Origin: Haliotis rufescens
Taxonomy: Eukaryota
Reading direction: 5' to 3'
Length of the DNA stretch: 64,000 bases
Assembly (NCBI RefSeq): GCF_023055435.1
Contig: NW_025963979.1
Location: 5,022,001-5,086,000, forward strand
Shown: positions 1-13,207 of the stretch, piece after piece
Position numbering within the stretch: the stretch's first letter is position 1
Layout of the letters: each line of letters opens with the position of its first letter
Position numbers and translations under genes: made by a program
The notes under the pieces: generated by a model
Seen by the model: only the letters and a program-made list of their open reading frames with translations
The model's database searches: none
What the model was told of the DNA's origin: nothing

Positions 1-329
1 ATGATTAAGATGGTATTAAGTTTCTAACAAAGTTCAATTAACAAATGGGCTCCACGATAGAATTCTGTTAAGTGCATGATTAAAGTTAGTCCAACACTGA
101 AACAGTGAGATGTTGGGAGGACTTGTGATGGGTTATGTAATTGATTACTAATGATTAGCATATGAAAGCCTTGCCAGTGGCTGTCTCGGGCTGGTACAGG
201 CATGGAAAGCGAGCTGCACATGCTGCATGGGCTTTAGGTGCTGGGAGGCTCAACAGGGTGGGCCACAAACCACCTTACTTACAATTGGACACAGTATGGT
301 AGGTTTTACAGTGCTGTGGGATATTTCAG

Positions 330-436
330 AGCTCAGAAGAGAATGGATGGGGAGGATGTGTTTGGCCAGAAGATTATTGCCCAGATACCAGCTACATCAA
401 ACACAGGGGACAGCACAGTAGGATCGCCTCACACAG
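330..436 (+). CDS. MARF1: MARF1 exon (end of RRM1)
   Basis: tttcag|A GCT CAG AAG AGA ATG GAT... [19 protein letters not shown]; ends ACAG|gtcagt; phase matches the next exon. Confidence 0.85.
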
Positions 437-3400
437 GTCAGTGTTGTACAGTGCTCAACCTGTTCACATGTTTATGTTGGGATCTTGCTGTGTTGGTCAA
501 AATACCAGTACACATGTTTAATGGATGTGTGCACAGTTGGTTTCAGTCGACATGTTGGCTGAAATTGGTGTTCAGGATATCTGCTGTAGCCTGCTGTCAG
601 TGTATGACAGAGCTTATGCTGGGTCCCTATGTTGGAAGAGTTGGGCAGGAGTAATCTGTCCAGTTGTTCATGGGCAAAGTAAAGGAATTATTTTATTTTT
701 TTTATTTTGTAAACATATTTGTTTGAATATTTTCTATGTATCCTTTAAGTCTTGACCAAGTCCTTTTTGAATTTCTTCTTTGACACTGCCCCCATCATGT
801 ACAAGTATTGACATGTTGTTTTCCCTACCTTCAGTAGATGATCAGCAACATGGGAGTTCTGTCTGCATGATCAGGGGAATCCAAGTATGTTCCCAAAAAT
901 TACCTGTACATTCAGGGAATGACTTCCGCCTGTATCCAAAAGTTGCATATGTATGCATTGACGCTTAACCCTTTTAATTATATATACATATATACAACTC
1001 AAGTCCTAGACAAATGTAAATACCATACATGTTGGTCAATGTATGAAGAATTACTCATGTTCAATAGATATTAAATGGATGCCCAAACATACATAATGGA
1101 ATGTTGTATGAATGAACGCTCATGAACGCAACACATCTGACGTCATAGATCGGTGACTAGAGATGCAACATTTGTCTCATGCAGGATTAACATGTATAGT
1201 TTGGAAATTAAAAGAATAAAGATACTCTTGTTAGTTTTGTCATTAAGTGTAACACATTGGAACCATCTTTTCTTAACATACATACTTCTCTACATGTTTG
1301 TATCATGTCTATGGTTCACCTTTCTTGTTGTGGTGAGTATATACTTGAGGGGGGATACGGATGAAAGTTTTAACTCTGCATGAAAGTTGAAGGAAGTCTT
1401 GGTCTTTGTCATAACCCAAATGTTGCCCTTTGAGTAAATTCCAAGATTCCAATGCTATAGGATCCAACCTTACAGACTGCGGGGCCCCTGTTTATGGCAT
1501 GTTTAAATCTTTGACACTTGATCTGAGCATGTGTTGGTGTTTACAACTGCAAAAACATGTCACGTGTCAAACACAGATAATTATGTCCCCTTGTCGATCA
1601 GGGTTAGAATTGGTCGTCACCAACCCATACTTGTAAGAGGCGACTAAAGGGTGGTGAGACTTACTTACTTGGTAGGTCAATGTTCATGTCAATCTCTGGA
1701 TTGTCTGGTCCAGACTCGATTATATACAGAGTCCTGTCATATAGGTGAAGTATTGCTGAATGTGGCATTAAACGACAAGCAAATATGTTTTACAAGTTTT
1801 AGTGTACTGAATTTCATAGTGGATAAAATTAGTTGTATCCTACTTGATGTACTTAGTCTTATTGTTAATATTTCCAGGTTATACAAAGAGGTCTAAACTT
1901 TCGATGCCCGGTTTTGGAAGCCCTAAACATTATAATCGACACAGCAGTCCATCCGGCGACAGACGGACATTCCGCAACAACTCCCCATATCGGGGGTGTG
2001 TGAGTGCGCCTGTAGCCAGTGGGTACACCTCAAGCCCTGAGGCCAACAACAGGCCATCAGATGTTGATGCTGACAAACAGCCTGACAACTATTCTACAAA
2101 CGGGAAGCGTCCAAGTCGAGAAATGTTGATGCTGCAGCAGCAGCGCTACCAGGAGAGTCAGCATAAGCTGAATGGGGGCTGTGGAGGAGGGGGAGATGCT
2201 GGGGATGAGATGGACGGTACAGGCGAACTGGATAACCACAGATACGCTCAGCGAGTTGGGCACTGGTCTGGAGATGAGAAAGGGAAAATACAAAGCTACA
2301 AGAGAAGGCATTTCAGTGGATCTCACTCAGATGAACAGACCGAGAACTATCATTACTATTCTGCCCTAAGCCATAATTCAAGCTTTACCTATGGGAGTGG
2401 CAGCCCTATCCACAACCCACAGCGTGTCCGACATGGCAGTGGTCCTTTTGGATGTCGTCCCAAAAGTGTCCCATATGAGTTGGACCACCCATATGGCTCT
2501 TCATGGCCTCCACCGCAGGACAATGAGTTCTTCCACAGAGGGAGCCCAAACTTCCGTTCGTACAGCCCTCGGCGCTACAACTGCATGAACTCAAACCAAA
2601 ACAATTGTAACTATCAACAAAACAACTACCACAACAACTTTCACAACAACATCAATAGTAGCAACAGCTTCCAGCCCATCATGCCTGGTGCATCGCCCCC
2701 AGGGTCCCCGCTGACAGATGGCTCCTCACCCCAGGGGATGGGCCCAGTAGAGCTAGTGGTCACAAACCTTGACTACAATATCAGTGCCAAGGAGTGGAGG
2801 AAGATCCTGTTCACCACCTTTCATCCTCATGTCAAGGTTGGTAGGATATTACTCAAAACGAGTTTAGATGACAATCAAGAATTGTTCTCCTTCAACCTTA
2901 TCCATTTAGTAAATTTTGATCTTTTTACAATTTAAGTTATTATGCCATGTTCAGTATAAGATTCAAAGAAACAAAATGAATATGTCAACCTTGAATATCA
3001 ACAAGCCACAACATATTATGGTACTAACAGATAAGAACATGCCAATATTTTAGAATCTAGTGGCACTAGGTCAACCTCATTTTCAGTAAACCAACATGGG
3101 CTTGTGCAACTTTCCTAATACCTTGAGGTGTTTGTTGAATTAATGGTGATATACAGCTACCCTGTCATTGTGAAAAATATTATTGACTTCAGGTTTTGAA
3201 TGTGCATGTGAAGACCCAGCTGGACAACACTTGTATTGGCATGATTAAAGTCCCCACCATAGAGGAAGCACGTTTTGCAATCTCCCAGTTTCACAGAAAG
3301 AAAATTGGCTACAAGCGTATCCAGGTCAGCCTGAAGACGGACGATGCCCACACAGCAAGCGCAAACATCCGTGCCGAAGCCATTGCACTGCTGCAGGAGG

Positions 3401-6400
3401 CTAAGGGCAATGTTCTGCCACTCTTCAAGTTCATCGAACTGTTTGACAAGAGGTAAACAAATGACAGTGAGCCTTTCAGATAGTGTAAATCTTTTCTGCA
3501 ATCCTTTCTCACTAGACTGTTTTCATTACTATTCTTTGCAAGTACAGGGGTAGATTTAACAAATTTGTCTGTAGCCAGCAGGGCTTGCTCCTTTTGAAAG
3601 TTACTGGCCCTTCTCCAAACTTAACTGGCCTACAACTAATGGTGAAGACCGCAAATTGGCGGAACCTGCGGTTGCATAGCCACCTAGCAGGGCTCTGAAA
3701 GTTTTAGAACTCCTCACCCCTAACACGTTTTTTCCTGCACTGTGATTAAATCTTGTCTTCAAATTGCCTTAACTCATGGTGATTCATTAGCAAATACAAA
3801 AGTTGTTGTACACAAGATTACCAAATGGCATCTGGTTGTCATTCTACTGAGATGATCCAATAAAAATTCTTGAACATACAAGAAGGGGTGAGACTTTGAC
3901 TAGCCAGACGGGCCCACCTACTTGACGTTTCACCAAGCCCTTTGTCATTTTAACTGGCCACGGGCCAACAGGCCAGCAGTTAAATCAACCCCTGCAAGTA
4001 AATGTATATGCATATTGTCTTGTAAGAAATAAGATTATGAAAGTGAGTTGTTTCTAAAGAAATTCTGGTGATCAAATATGGTTATTGAAATAGTTTTAAA
4101 CTTCAGCCTTTGTGTTTCTAAGATATATTATTTTTCACTAGGTACCACAGATCCATCAGTGTCTCCGAGCTGTACAAGATGCGTGACACGCTCGACATCC
4201 GTGAGCAGGGTGGGGCAGGTAGGATGGTGTATCTGGCCCCAGTACTTGCCAAACCACCCACCCCACTAGAGGCCTCAGACACAGAGGGGGAGGATGTTTT
4301 GGAGGAGCCTGTCTGTGCCAGTCACTGCCCCGAGGGAAGTGTGTTCTATGCGGAAGCCATGAACTCCTCAATGTTGCCCAATGTCCGCATCCAGTTGAAG
4401 ACGCTCGCTGCCCAAGTCCACTCCATGCTGCAGTCTCACAATGGCCACATGCCACTCATGAGGTTAGCATAACACACAGAAGATTATCTCCAAATTCCGA
4501 AGTATTTTTGTAGTTAATTTGGCACATCCTACTTATATAGACATTTCTCAGCTATAGTCTGGAAGGTAATTTAGCGAGCATTCATTGTAACAGCCATCTG
4601 CATAATGCTACCCCTGCGTCACAGGGCCATATGACACAGTTGAACCAATCAACTCAACTCGAAAGGGTGCACAGGAATCACGCACGTTGAGACGCCCAAT
4701 GCTAACACTGTATTCGTGCGTGCGTGATTCCCGTGCACCCTTTCGAGTTGAGTTGATTGGTTCAACTGTGTCATATGGCCCTGTGATGCAGGGGTAGCAT
4801 TATGCAGATGGCTGTTACAATGAATGCTCGTTCCTCGTTCCACCCGTAACTAACAGGTCTGGTTGTTGATGTAATATAGTGATAGCTAAATAGACAGATT
4901 ATTTATTCATGCACTGATTGTCTTTAAATGTAATATCCAGTTATGTATGACTGTTTAATAATCTCATACCAACTTTGACTGGAGTAGGTCCGATGGTTTT
5001 TCAGATATTGAAGTAAATGTCTGTACCTTAAATTACCTTCCAGACTATAGCTCAGTCTATAGTATGAGCCAGTTTCACTACTTTGTAACGAGACATGACA
5101 GGGGCGGTAGGGTAGTCTCGTGGTTAAAGCATTCACTTGTCACGCCAAGGGCCAGGTATTAGCTGGAACATTGCTAAAGGCAGCGTAAACCCATACTCAT
5201 ACCACTACTATCCCTGTTTATATTTCCAGTTTCCCGGCCTGTTATGCTGCTGAGTTCAGTGCCCTGGTGTCAGTGAAGGAGGGCGTGCCCCTGGAGCACC
5301 TGATCAGCTGTGTGCCCGGCATACAGGTGCAAGTGTCTCGGCTGGGTGTCAAGAAGGTGCAGTGGATGGAGAACCAACCTCCCCAGGCTATAGGTGCGAT
5401 CACCATCACAACATCCCCTTTTGCAATTATGAATTAACTGACGTTATAAACCTCCAGTGATGCATGACCATTGTTACAACAGGTTGTTCTTTTCTCCGAA
5501 AATCTCTCTGCCCACGGGATTCTCGAGCTGTGCGCTTTTGACTGAGAACTTTCGAGTGCTACAATTGAAATTTCAGAATTAAAGTTATGTCATGTAAACA
5601 AAAAAGCATCTTCATATCTGTCGGTTTATAAGTCAGATATAAACCTTCTCCTATGGCTATCCGTGAAAATAATGCACTCCAGCGCAGGAAAAGCCCTTGG
5701 GCCTACGGCCCGCAGGCTTTTCCTTTGCCGGACTGCATTATTTTCACGGATAGCCATAGGAGAAGGTTTATATCCTATACATAGCACATAAAAAAGGGCC
5801 TCTACGCATTATTATTAGTTGAGGTCATGTTAGATATATTTATGTCATAGACATTTTGAGTAAATAACATGACTTGTTGCAGAGTTCGGTCGGCAGTCAG
5901 CTACAGCCAGCCCCCTGTTGTCTCACCAGCTGGGGCAGATAAGCCGCGAGGTGACAGATCTTCTCAAACACAGTGCCAACTGCCGAATGCCAGTGTCCAA
6001 GTTCATTCCAGCATATCACCATCATTTCGGGCGTCAGTGTCGTGTAGCAGACTACGGGTACACCAAACTCATGGAGCTTTTCGAGGCTATTCCATATGCT
6101 CTGCAGGTAAACCATTTTAAAACATTTGAACTCACTCATTTCTCGGATATTAAAAGTGAGTTTCTATTCCTTTTTGTGCATAAAGAACGACTTCAAAGTT
6201 TTTGATCTTGGAGTGGCCTTTTGAATGTATGTCACCAGAAAGTATGTAAGATTGACTATCATTAATAATACAGGAACAGAGTTTGTCCGTCTGTCCATCC
6301 ACTTCTCAAATGGAAATATTTTCTCAAAAGCTATTTAAGTCAGAGAAATAAATTTTTACACACTGTTACTGGTCTTGATCTAAAATGAGTTTGAAAATTG

Positions 6401-9400
6401 GTGTTGTTCATTAATTGTTTAAAGAGTTATGGCCCTTGCTCGGTGCTTTTCTACTTAGTGCAAACTGCTTGGAATTGGGACAGGCTTTCTCAAACTACTG
6501 AAGTTTCAGGAATAAAACTTTGCATGCTTATCTACGAGATACTTATCAATACTGAGTTATTTGTTCCAGAGAACATGGAGAAGGGGTCTTTTGTTTGTAT
6601 TAATTTCACATTTAATCCTTTTTATTTGATGACATAAAGTGGCCAAGTGCCTATCTCTTCTCAAGGCTTAAGACTCATTTGTATGATTTATATTCACTAC
6701 TATGTGAACAAACAAAATTGTAATGTGACCCATGCCGGGGGATAGTGATAAAGTTGTTTTCTTGTTATGATTATAGTGACATTATAATGAAGTGTAAGAA
6801 TCTACATCAAATGTAGCTGCGATCATAATAAAGATGTTGGTCACTAAAAATATTAGTTTCTAGTGGGGATCCTAAAAAAAATACAGATTTGGGGAGGGTC
6901 ATGAAAAAACATTTTATAGTAAAATATTAAGTGCTTTTACATTGTCCTTTCAGGCTTGTTTTTTAAAATAAACTTTTGGATTTGTGTTGAGGGGATAAGA
7001 GTGAGTGATTATTTCAGGTTCTTGGTACCGGAGATCGTAAGATCCTGACTTTGAGTCACCGTGCTCAGATTCGTCGCTTCACTGCTGATCTACTCAAGGT
7101 GCTGAAGGGTCAGCCTGCCAAACAGCTGGCAGTGGAGGAGTTCCCTGAGGCTTTCGGTGAGCTCTGGTTACCACTCTACAATATATAGTGGATTTTATAA
7201 CCCCTTGTCGTTGATTGCTTCTTGATGAAATGATCAACTGTAAATGCCAAGTGATTTTTATGTAAAATATTCAATGTCTTTTCCAAATGTTCAGAGCTTT
7301 CATTAAATTTGTTCAGTGAATGATTTGAAAAGCTTGATTATGAAAATAAAAAATTTGATATTCCTTTTACTCATGTATACTGTTTGAACAGCTAAAGATG
7401 CCATGTAATAGCCCTAGTGTCTAACTACAATCCTCTGTGTACAGAAGCCGTGTTTGGCAAGGCCTGGGATGTTACGGAGTATGGAGTCTGCTACATCGAG
7501 GATCTTCTCATGGAGATCCCTCCATCAACTCTCCTGGTGAGTCCAGCAGGGGCCTTAGTAGGGGGCAGTAAGTTAAAATTAAACACTGCAGTTGCAATAT
7601 TTGAACCATATAGTGACATGAACAGGTTTCCTTAGATTTATCAGGGTCATAACATTATTAAATATATTTAGTAGAGCAAAACAGTTGCATAATATAGGTT
7701 TACCACTGGCATTGAAATCTGGATCAATTTGAACAAGTACATTATTCCTGTGGTAATTTTGTATAATCTGTCATGTGATCTGCATAACTGTATATTGACA
7801 TGGTACGTTCTATATTGTTGAATGATCTTACTTCAGATGACTGTGGAGGAAGGGAAGTCTTTTATTTCGGTTCCCAAGAGAGGTAGGTTACACAACCATA
7901 GCATCTGTGTCATGGGGAAGTTAAAGTAGGTTATAATACACTGGACCTGAAAGGGCAGGGGAATAGTTACAACAAGGAATTCCTGCCATCCATCCGTCTG
8001 TCCTTCCGATGACATTTTCCTTAGGATCTACAACTTGAGAACTACTGCATAGATCTTTTCAAACTTTTTATACCTAACGGAGAGGTACAGTGCAAAGTTT
8101 GATTTCAATGTTTGGAATATCTGTATAAATATGGCTTTTTTTCATATTTTTTCTTAAATGTTTTTACCTTAACATTTGTATGACCTTTAACCTGAAAATT
8201 CTGCATGGATTCTTTTCCATTTGGGGGAACAGTTTCTGTACCAATAGATTTGCAATGCAAGTTTGATTTGGATAAGTGGATTTTCTGAGAAAAGATTGCC
8301 TTCTCATGATGGAGTCGGGGGTATTAGTGAGCCCTGCACACCTTTTCTCTTGTTTAATAATAATAGTGCTATTTATGTAACGCTAACGTTCCACATTACT
8401 TCAGGACATGGAAAAAGTGCATATTTATTACCAATTCCATAGATGTGCATGTATAGCTATTTTTAACAAGGATAACTTGATATTATCTTTGATTGTGTTT
8501 TCAGAACTTATATTTCTGAATTTTGAAAGCACATTAGTGACTGTTTATTTTCACTTTTCAGAAACAGACAATCTTAAAAAGTAAAATAAAAAGTAATACC
8601 AAATATAGCTGAAATAAGAAGTAACGGTTTTGTACAAGTTTAATTACGTTGTCTTCAGACCAGACATCGGAGGAGATGGAGCGCACTAAACAGTTTGCCC
8701 TAGAAGTAGTTGACCTGCTGAAGCACAACCCGCGATGCCGCATGCCATTTAACAAGTTTATCCCTGCGTACCATCACCACTTCGGCAGACAGTGTAGAGT
8801 AGCCGACTATGGCTTCACTAAGCTTACTGACCTCTTCGAAGCTGTGCCTCAGGTTGTGGAGGTAAGCCCACTGCACATTAGACGAATGAAGGCTGAAATT
8901 CTGCATTGTCTTCCTTACTTGGAAAATGCCTTGCATGTCAATTGAGAATCTGAGGATGTCTGTTGAGTCAGTAATTTGGGACACCATAAGCAGTGCTGGT
9001 TGCATTTCTTGTGTATTGATATTGTTACCTGTTCAAAATTAACAATGCTGAGTAAAGATTATGTTGTTCAATTCTACAACTTTAGTTGCTTATCCAAGTC
9101 TAGTAACATTCCCTTTGGTCTAGTTTCATTGTCCATACAATAAGAATCTGAAGAAAATTATTCATAGAGCCAAGTTCAATCTATTAGACTGAACAGTTGT
9201 TGGCGCAGACTGTTCCCTGTAGACAATGATGTAAATACCATTGTGTTAGTGGTAACATTCTTTGGGCACTCTACTAAACATGAGTCCTCTACTCCAGCTG
9301 GAGGAGGAGGGTGATGAGAGACTGCTGCGGCTCACGCAGCCAGAGATGAGGAAGGTTCTGTCTGAACAGATCACAAACCTGCTCAAGATACAGCCAGGTC

Positions 9401-12400
9401 ATGGCATGGTGAAGGACGAACTTTTACCAGCCTTCACTCGCCAGTTCAGCTTCAATCTTCACCTACAGGATTTCCAGGTGGTGTCACTAGATGCTCTGCT
9501 GGCCAGACTGAGACACATCATCAGTGTGAGTAGTGCCAATGTGGTGTTCAGATTGTGAGAATCAAATTCCTTTGACTTGACCATGGGGCCATCTTAGGCT
9601 TCTGAGATAACTGAGTATATGGAATTCTTTTTCTTCAGATTGAGACCTACAACAATGTGGAATATGTTGTGTTGATGAAGACCACAGAGTTGCCTCCCCT
9701 TGCCCTTCGTGTTCTGCAGCTGCTAATGGATCAGAGCTCTGGCTGTCTCCCCCTGGTGGAACTGTGCAGCTGGTACAAGACCACCTTTTCTGAAGAGTGT
9801 GATGTCCAGACCATCAAGGAGGAACTTGTAGATTTCGTTCATGTAAGTCCACAGCTGTTGAGATTCAAACTGTATTCAGGGTTTAAAAGCTGCTGCGAAA
9901 GCATAAGTCACTCACTCACATTCTAAAGAAATTCCTATCTGCAACATGAATCTTAAATCCTGTTATTTTTTCAAGCAATCATTATAACGTTATGCCAGAG
10001 GGGGAATGTAGATAAATGCAAGTAGAAGAATGTCAAATATTCAATTTGCGCCAAATGATAAGGATATGTAATCTGTAGACAATAAGATTTTGTTGTGCCA
10101 AGCACTAAAGTTGTTTTTACAGCAACATGGTCTGTTAATTATCTGAACTGTGACTTCTTCCAGGTGTCGGGGGACGATGATGGCTCAGCCGTGATCCGCC
10201 TGACAGCACTTCAGACTCTTGCTCGAGATATCCGCCACATGCTGATGCGCCATGGCCGAATCCCACTCCACCAGTTTGACAAGATATTCTTCGAGGTGCA
10301 TGGAGTGGAGATGAAGCCAGCGCTGCATGGGTTCGACTGCACCCACACCCTCCTGCAGGCCATCCCCCATGTTGTGTCTGTTCGAGGGAAGGGTAACCGC
10401 AAATACGTGCAGCTCTCCCCAGCCATTAAAGTGCCAGGTCAGTTGCTGTAGTTCATGTCATGCTAATGTCATGCTTATGTCATGCTAATGTCATGCTAAT
10501 GTCACTATAATAGGCATTTGTCATTTGAAATCAGTTTTGAAGTTGGAAGTTACTTGTCAGAAATATATTCCCTGCCATTTCACAAAAAACATTGGCATTT
10601 TCAAAATATTATGCGAGCTATATACCATGTGTGTTGAAAAATGATATTTTAGGTTAGTATCTGTGCTTTCGTCTATTTGGCCTCCATAGGTTTAGTTGAA
10701 AGGTCATGTCTCCATGTAGACACTAGATACGACATGATTCAAGAGAGCAGTACGCTCTGCTTGATCCCACTCAACACTTTTGTAAGCCAAGGATCCCTTG
10801 ATTCGTATGTACTCACATCTCGGTGAAGCAGTTGAATTCCAAATAGAAAAGATCCCTGATTGCCATGCTTGTCCAAATAACCATTTGATGTTAACTGCTT
10901 AGTGAAGAATGTACCTGGATGGGATACATAATCTGTGCATAACATCACATAGCCTTTGTCTTGCTTGAGCCTTGACAACCACCTCTCACTTCTCCATGCT
11001 CTTGTTGTCATAGCTACTCTGCCAGCCTCGCTCAAAGCCAGTCCAGCTCGCATCTTCTTTTCCGGGGACCACAAGGCACTGAATGCTGGGAAGGGAGAGT
11101 CCTCGAACGATTCTGGTGTCAATGATGCTTTAGGTAGATACTCTTCCATTTGCTTTAGTCTTGCATAGGTGAATCAGGTTAATTCTTGTATTCTTGAGTA
11201 TTTGTTTTTCAAGTGGTGCAGCCAGTGAAAATGGGATTTCTTGCTGATCTTACTCAGAAAAACATTGAGGAAAACCATATTTCAGGAGGAAGGTTTTTTC
11301 ACTCAACCTAATCAAGTGAAATATTGATTGTAATACAGCCTATATATCTATAATAGTCTATATATAGCCACTGACACTTTCAGATGAGGAGCTTGACAGG
11401 TCCCATGTTGATGTACTGAGCCAGCCAGTGCCCTCTGCCATCCCATCCCCTGAGCTCAGACCAGATCTTCACCATGCCAAGGACCTCATTCAGCTTGACT
11501 CCCCACAAGGTACATGCAAAGGTCACCAGCTCTTGTAATCAATCAGAATATTGATCACAACTACTCAAAGGCAAAAGTAATGTTAAAGATTTATCGCCAA
11601 GTGAAAGTTAATTGCAACATGGGTGCTTTGGCTTTACAAGATGATCAATATACTAAGTACACAAAAGACCAACTGGATGTGTGTTGGTGGCATGATGAAA
11701 GACACCTCAAATTGTTTCATCTTCACACTGTTATGACCAGGTGTTACACTGTAAATGAAAAGAAACATTCTAGGCAGAAAGTTCATTTGAATCTTGAACA
11801 TATTGAAAACTCAGATTAGTTCTAAGTCTATAATGAAAGGTTTTGTGTGCTTTTAAAACATGATCAGTTTTTTTATTTAAACATATTTCATTCATATCAC
11901 GTGAAAAGGATTGAGTACAAATTTTTTTTATAATGCCTTCTCCTAAACCTATATACAATAATGCCCCTACACTGACAGGGATCGAATCATGAAGATCTGT
12001 TTAGAAAAAAGGTCTTCAGCAACCCTTGCTTGTCGTAAGAGGCGACCAACTGGGTCAGGTTTGCTGACCCAATTGTGTGGACCGATGCTCGTGATGTCAA
12101 TCACTGGACTGTCTGGTCCAAACTACCGTTGTATCGCTGAACTATTGCTGAGTGTGGCATTAAACAACAAAACAGAAAAACAAACACTTACAGGGATCAC
12201 AGGAAAGTGTGTACAAGCGACGAGAATAGTATGCAAGAATAACCATGAGTTACTCGAGCCAGACTAGGCATACATATTCTTTTCGAGTACAGGAAGCATG
12301 TTGGATGATCATGTATCCATGTTCAAAGTGCTTCTTTCAGGTTGATCATGGATTTTTTTTATTTTGGAATAGTTGTATGGGGATGTAATTAACGTTGTGA

Positions 12401-13207
12401 CAGTGATAGGATTTAAAAGCATGAGAATATAACCAACAAACTTTTCACTGTTCTTAATTTTCGTTTTGCGTTGTAGACCAAGACATCTTGTTTCTGACTG
12501 ATGAGGAGAAGCGAGGACAGAAAACTCCGCTTTGTCTGACTCCAACATCTGAGCTGCTGCAGTTTGCTGCCCAGTGTCTCGTCATCCGACCACCAGAGGG
12601 AGCTGGCAGCAGTCGCAGTACGTCACCTGCTGGTGACAGCCAACAGGGACTCGCTAGAAATAGTGCACTCACCCTGGCTGTCACGGCAACAGAATTCGGT
12701 GACCATGACCCTTCGTCATCCAATGAACTGCTGGAGCTACTTAAAGGAGGCTGGTGGAAGGCAAGTCCGGAACAACTGGAAGAAGTAAGCAGAACTTTCC
12801 GTGTTACAGCCTCGGGACGGGAGAGTCCAGCCGATCCAGCATTACGTAGCCATGGACACACTCCCAGTATAGAGCCCGCAGAGAAGTTACCTAATGGTGA
12901 AGAGTCTAAGCCAAGTGTTAGCTTGGCTACCTCCATCCTAATGGAAGTCTCTGCCTCTGAAGGAGGCAGCATCAACACCACTCTGAAGGATGCAAGCAGC
13001 AGTTTTAGCAGTGATGAAAGTAGTGAGCAGAATGTTGCCCACGATGTGTCCTTTGACGAGATGTTTAAAATGAGTATGCCCCTGGAGACAAGCTCCACTA
13101 AGTCCAGCACGGGGTCGACCACCGACACCCCAGTCTCCTCACCGAGGAAGTCCCGCTCCAGGATGGCAGCTAGGTTTGTTAACCCCATACACAATGACAG
13201 TGCTTGA
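330..13207 (+). CDS. MARF1: MARF1/limkain-b1 (meiosis regulator and mRNA stability factor 1), 5'-partial gene span, 16 exons in window (~1,398 aa)
   Basis: Spliced exons are in phase and encode the RRM1 end ([15 protein letters not shown]), RRM2 (LVVTNLDYN...[14 protein letters not shown]), several LOTUS repeats ([20 protein letters not shown]) and a C-terminal RMAARF motif. This matches the MARF1 architecture. Confidence 0.93.
1878..2836 (+). CDS. MARF1: MARF1 exon (long low-complexity linker plus start of RRM2)
   Basis: ttccag|GT TAT...; ends GTCAAG|gttggt; encodes ...[30 protein letters not shown]. Confidence 0.88.
3193..3452 (+). CDS. MARF1: MARF1 exon (RRM2 plus start of first LOTUS)
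   Basis: ttcag|GTTTTG...AAGAG|gtaaac; [24 protein letters not shown]. Confidence 0.92.
3545..3994. mobile_element. Non-autonomous hAT-like DNA transposon (MITE)
   Basis: TIRs caggggtagatttaac / gttaaatcaacccctg; direct repeat caagta on both flanks. Confidence 0.7.
4142..4462 (+). CDS. MARF1: MARF1 exon
   Basis: ctag|GTACCAC...ATGAG|gttagc; [15 protein letters not shown]...[15 protein letters not shown]. Confidence 0.9.
4575..4830. mobile_element. Fold-back/MITE-like long inverted repeat
   Basis: Near-perfect inverted arms of ~110 bp (cgagcattcattgtaacagcc... / ...ggctgttacaatgaatgctcg) with a ~30-bp spacer. Confidence 0.8.
5100..5200 (+). mobile_element. Truncated tRNA-derived SINE
   Basis: A-box-like ggtagtctcgtggttaaagc head and gctggaacattgctaaaggcagcgtaaac tail; relatives at ~21690-21825 (-) and ~46385-46490 (+). 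Confidence 0.55.
5230..5393 (+). CDS. MARF1: MARF1 exon (LOTUS)
   Basis: ttccag|TTTCCCG...ATAG|gtgcga; FPACYAAEF...[13 protein letters not shown]. Confidence 0.9.
5636..5774. repeat. Palindromic element (hairpin), probably a non-autonomous DNA transposon
   Basis: gatataaaccttctcctatggctatccgtgaaaataatgca ... tgcattattttcacggatagccataggagaaggtttatatc, with central gggcctacggccc. Confidence 0.8.
5883..6106 (+). CDS. MARF1: MARF1 exon (LOTUS)
   Basis: tgcag|AGTTC...CTGCAG|gtaaac; [32 protein letters not shown]. Confidence 0.92.
6260..6765 (+). mobile_element. Helentron-associated interspersed element (HINE)-like
   Basis: gtccgtctgtcc microsatellite near the 5' end, an agagttatggccctt core, and a ggggga...cttgtt 3' end, as in mollusc HINE/pearl-type elements. 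Confidence 0.45.
7018..7156 (+). CDS. MARF1: MARF1 exon
   Basis: ttcag|GTTCTT...TTCG|gtgagc; [30 protein letters not shown]. Confidence 0.9.
7445..7536 (+). CDS. MARF1: MARF1 exon
   Basis: acag|AAGCC...CTCCTG|gtgagt; [19 protein letters not shown]. Confidence 0.9.
7837..7882 (+). CDS. MARF1: MARF1 short exon
   Basis: ttcag|ATGACT...AGAG|gtaggt; [15 protein letters not shown]; supplies the phase 0-to-1 link. Confidence 0.85.
7930..8355 (+). mobile_element. HINE-like element
   Basis: ccatccatccgtctgtcc tract near the 5' end; gggggtattagtgagccc...cttgttt 3' end. Confidence 0.4.
8659..8861 (+). CDS. MARF1: MARF1 exon (LOTUS)
   Basis: ttcag|ACCAG...GAG|gtaagc; [37 protein letters not shown]. 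Confidence 0.92.
9298..9525 (+). CDS. MARF1: MARF1 exon (LOTUS)
   Basis: ccag|CTGGAG...AGT|gtgagt; in phase. Confidence 0.88.
9639..9842 (+). CDS. MARF1: MARF1 exon
   Basis: ttcag|ATTGAG...CAT|gtaagt; in phase. Confidence 0.88.
10164..10437 (+). CDS. MARF1: MARF1 exon (last LOTUS)
   Basis: ccag|GTGTCG...CCAG|gtcagt; [15 protein letters not shown]. Confidence 0.9.
11014..11133 (+). CDS. MARF1: MARF1 exon (C-terminal region)
   Basis: catag|CTACT...TTAG|gtagat; symmetric phase-1 exon, open frame. Confidence 0.7.
11384..11509 (+). CDS. MARF1: MARF1 exon (C-terminal region)
   Basis: ttcag|ATGAG...CAAG|gtacat; [18 protein letters not shown]. Confidence 0.8.
12477..13207 (+). CDS. MARF1: MARF1 terminal coding exon
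   Basis: tgtag|ACCAA...; S/T-rich, ends [22 protein letters not shown]. Confidence 0.85.

Noticed and set aside
835-950. Possible extra MARF1 exon after ttcag at 834
   Set aside because: I found no convincing donor in the required phase, and exons 330-436 and 1878-2836 already join in frame.
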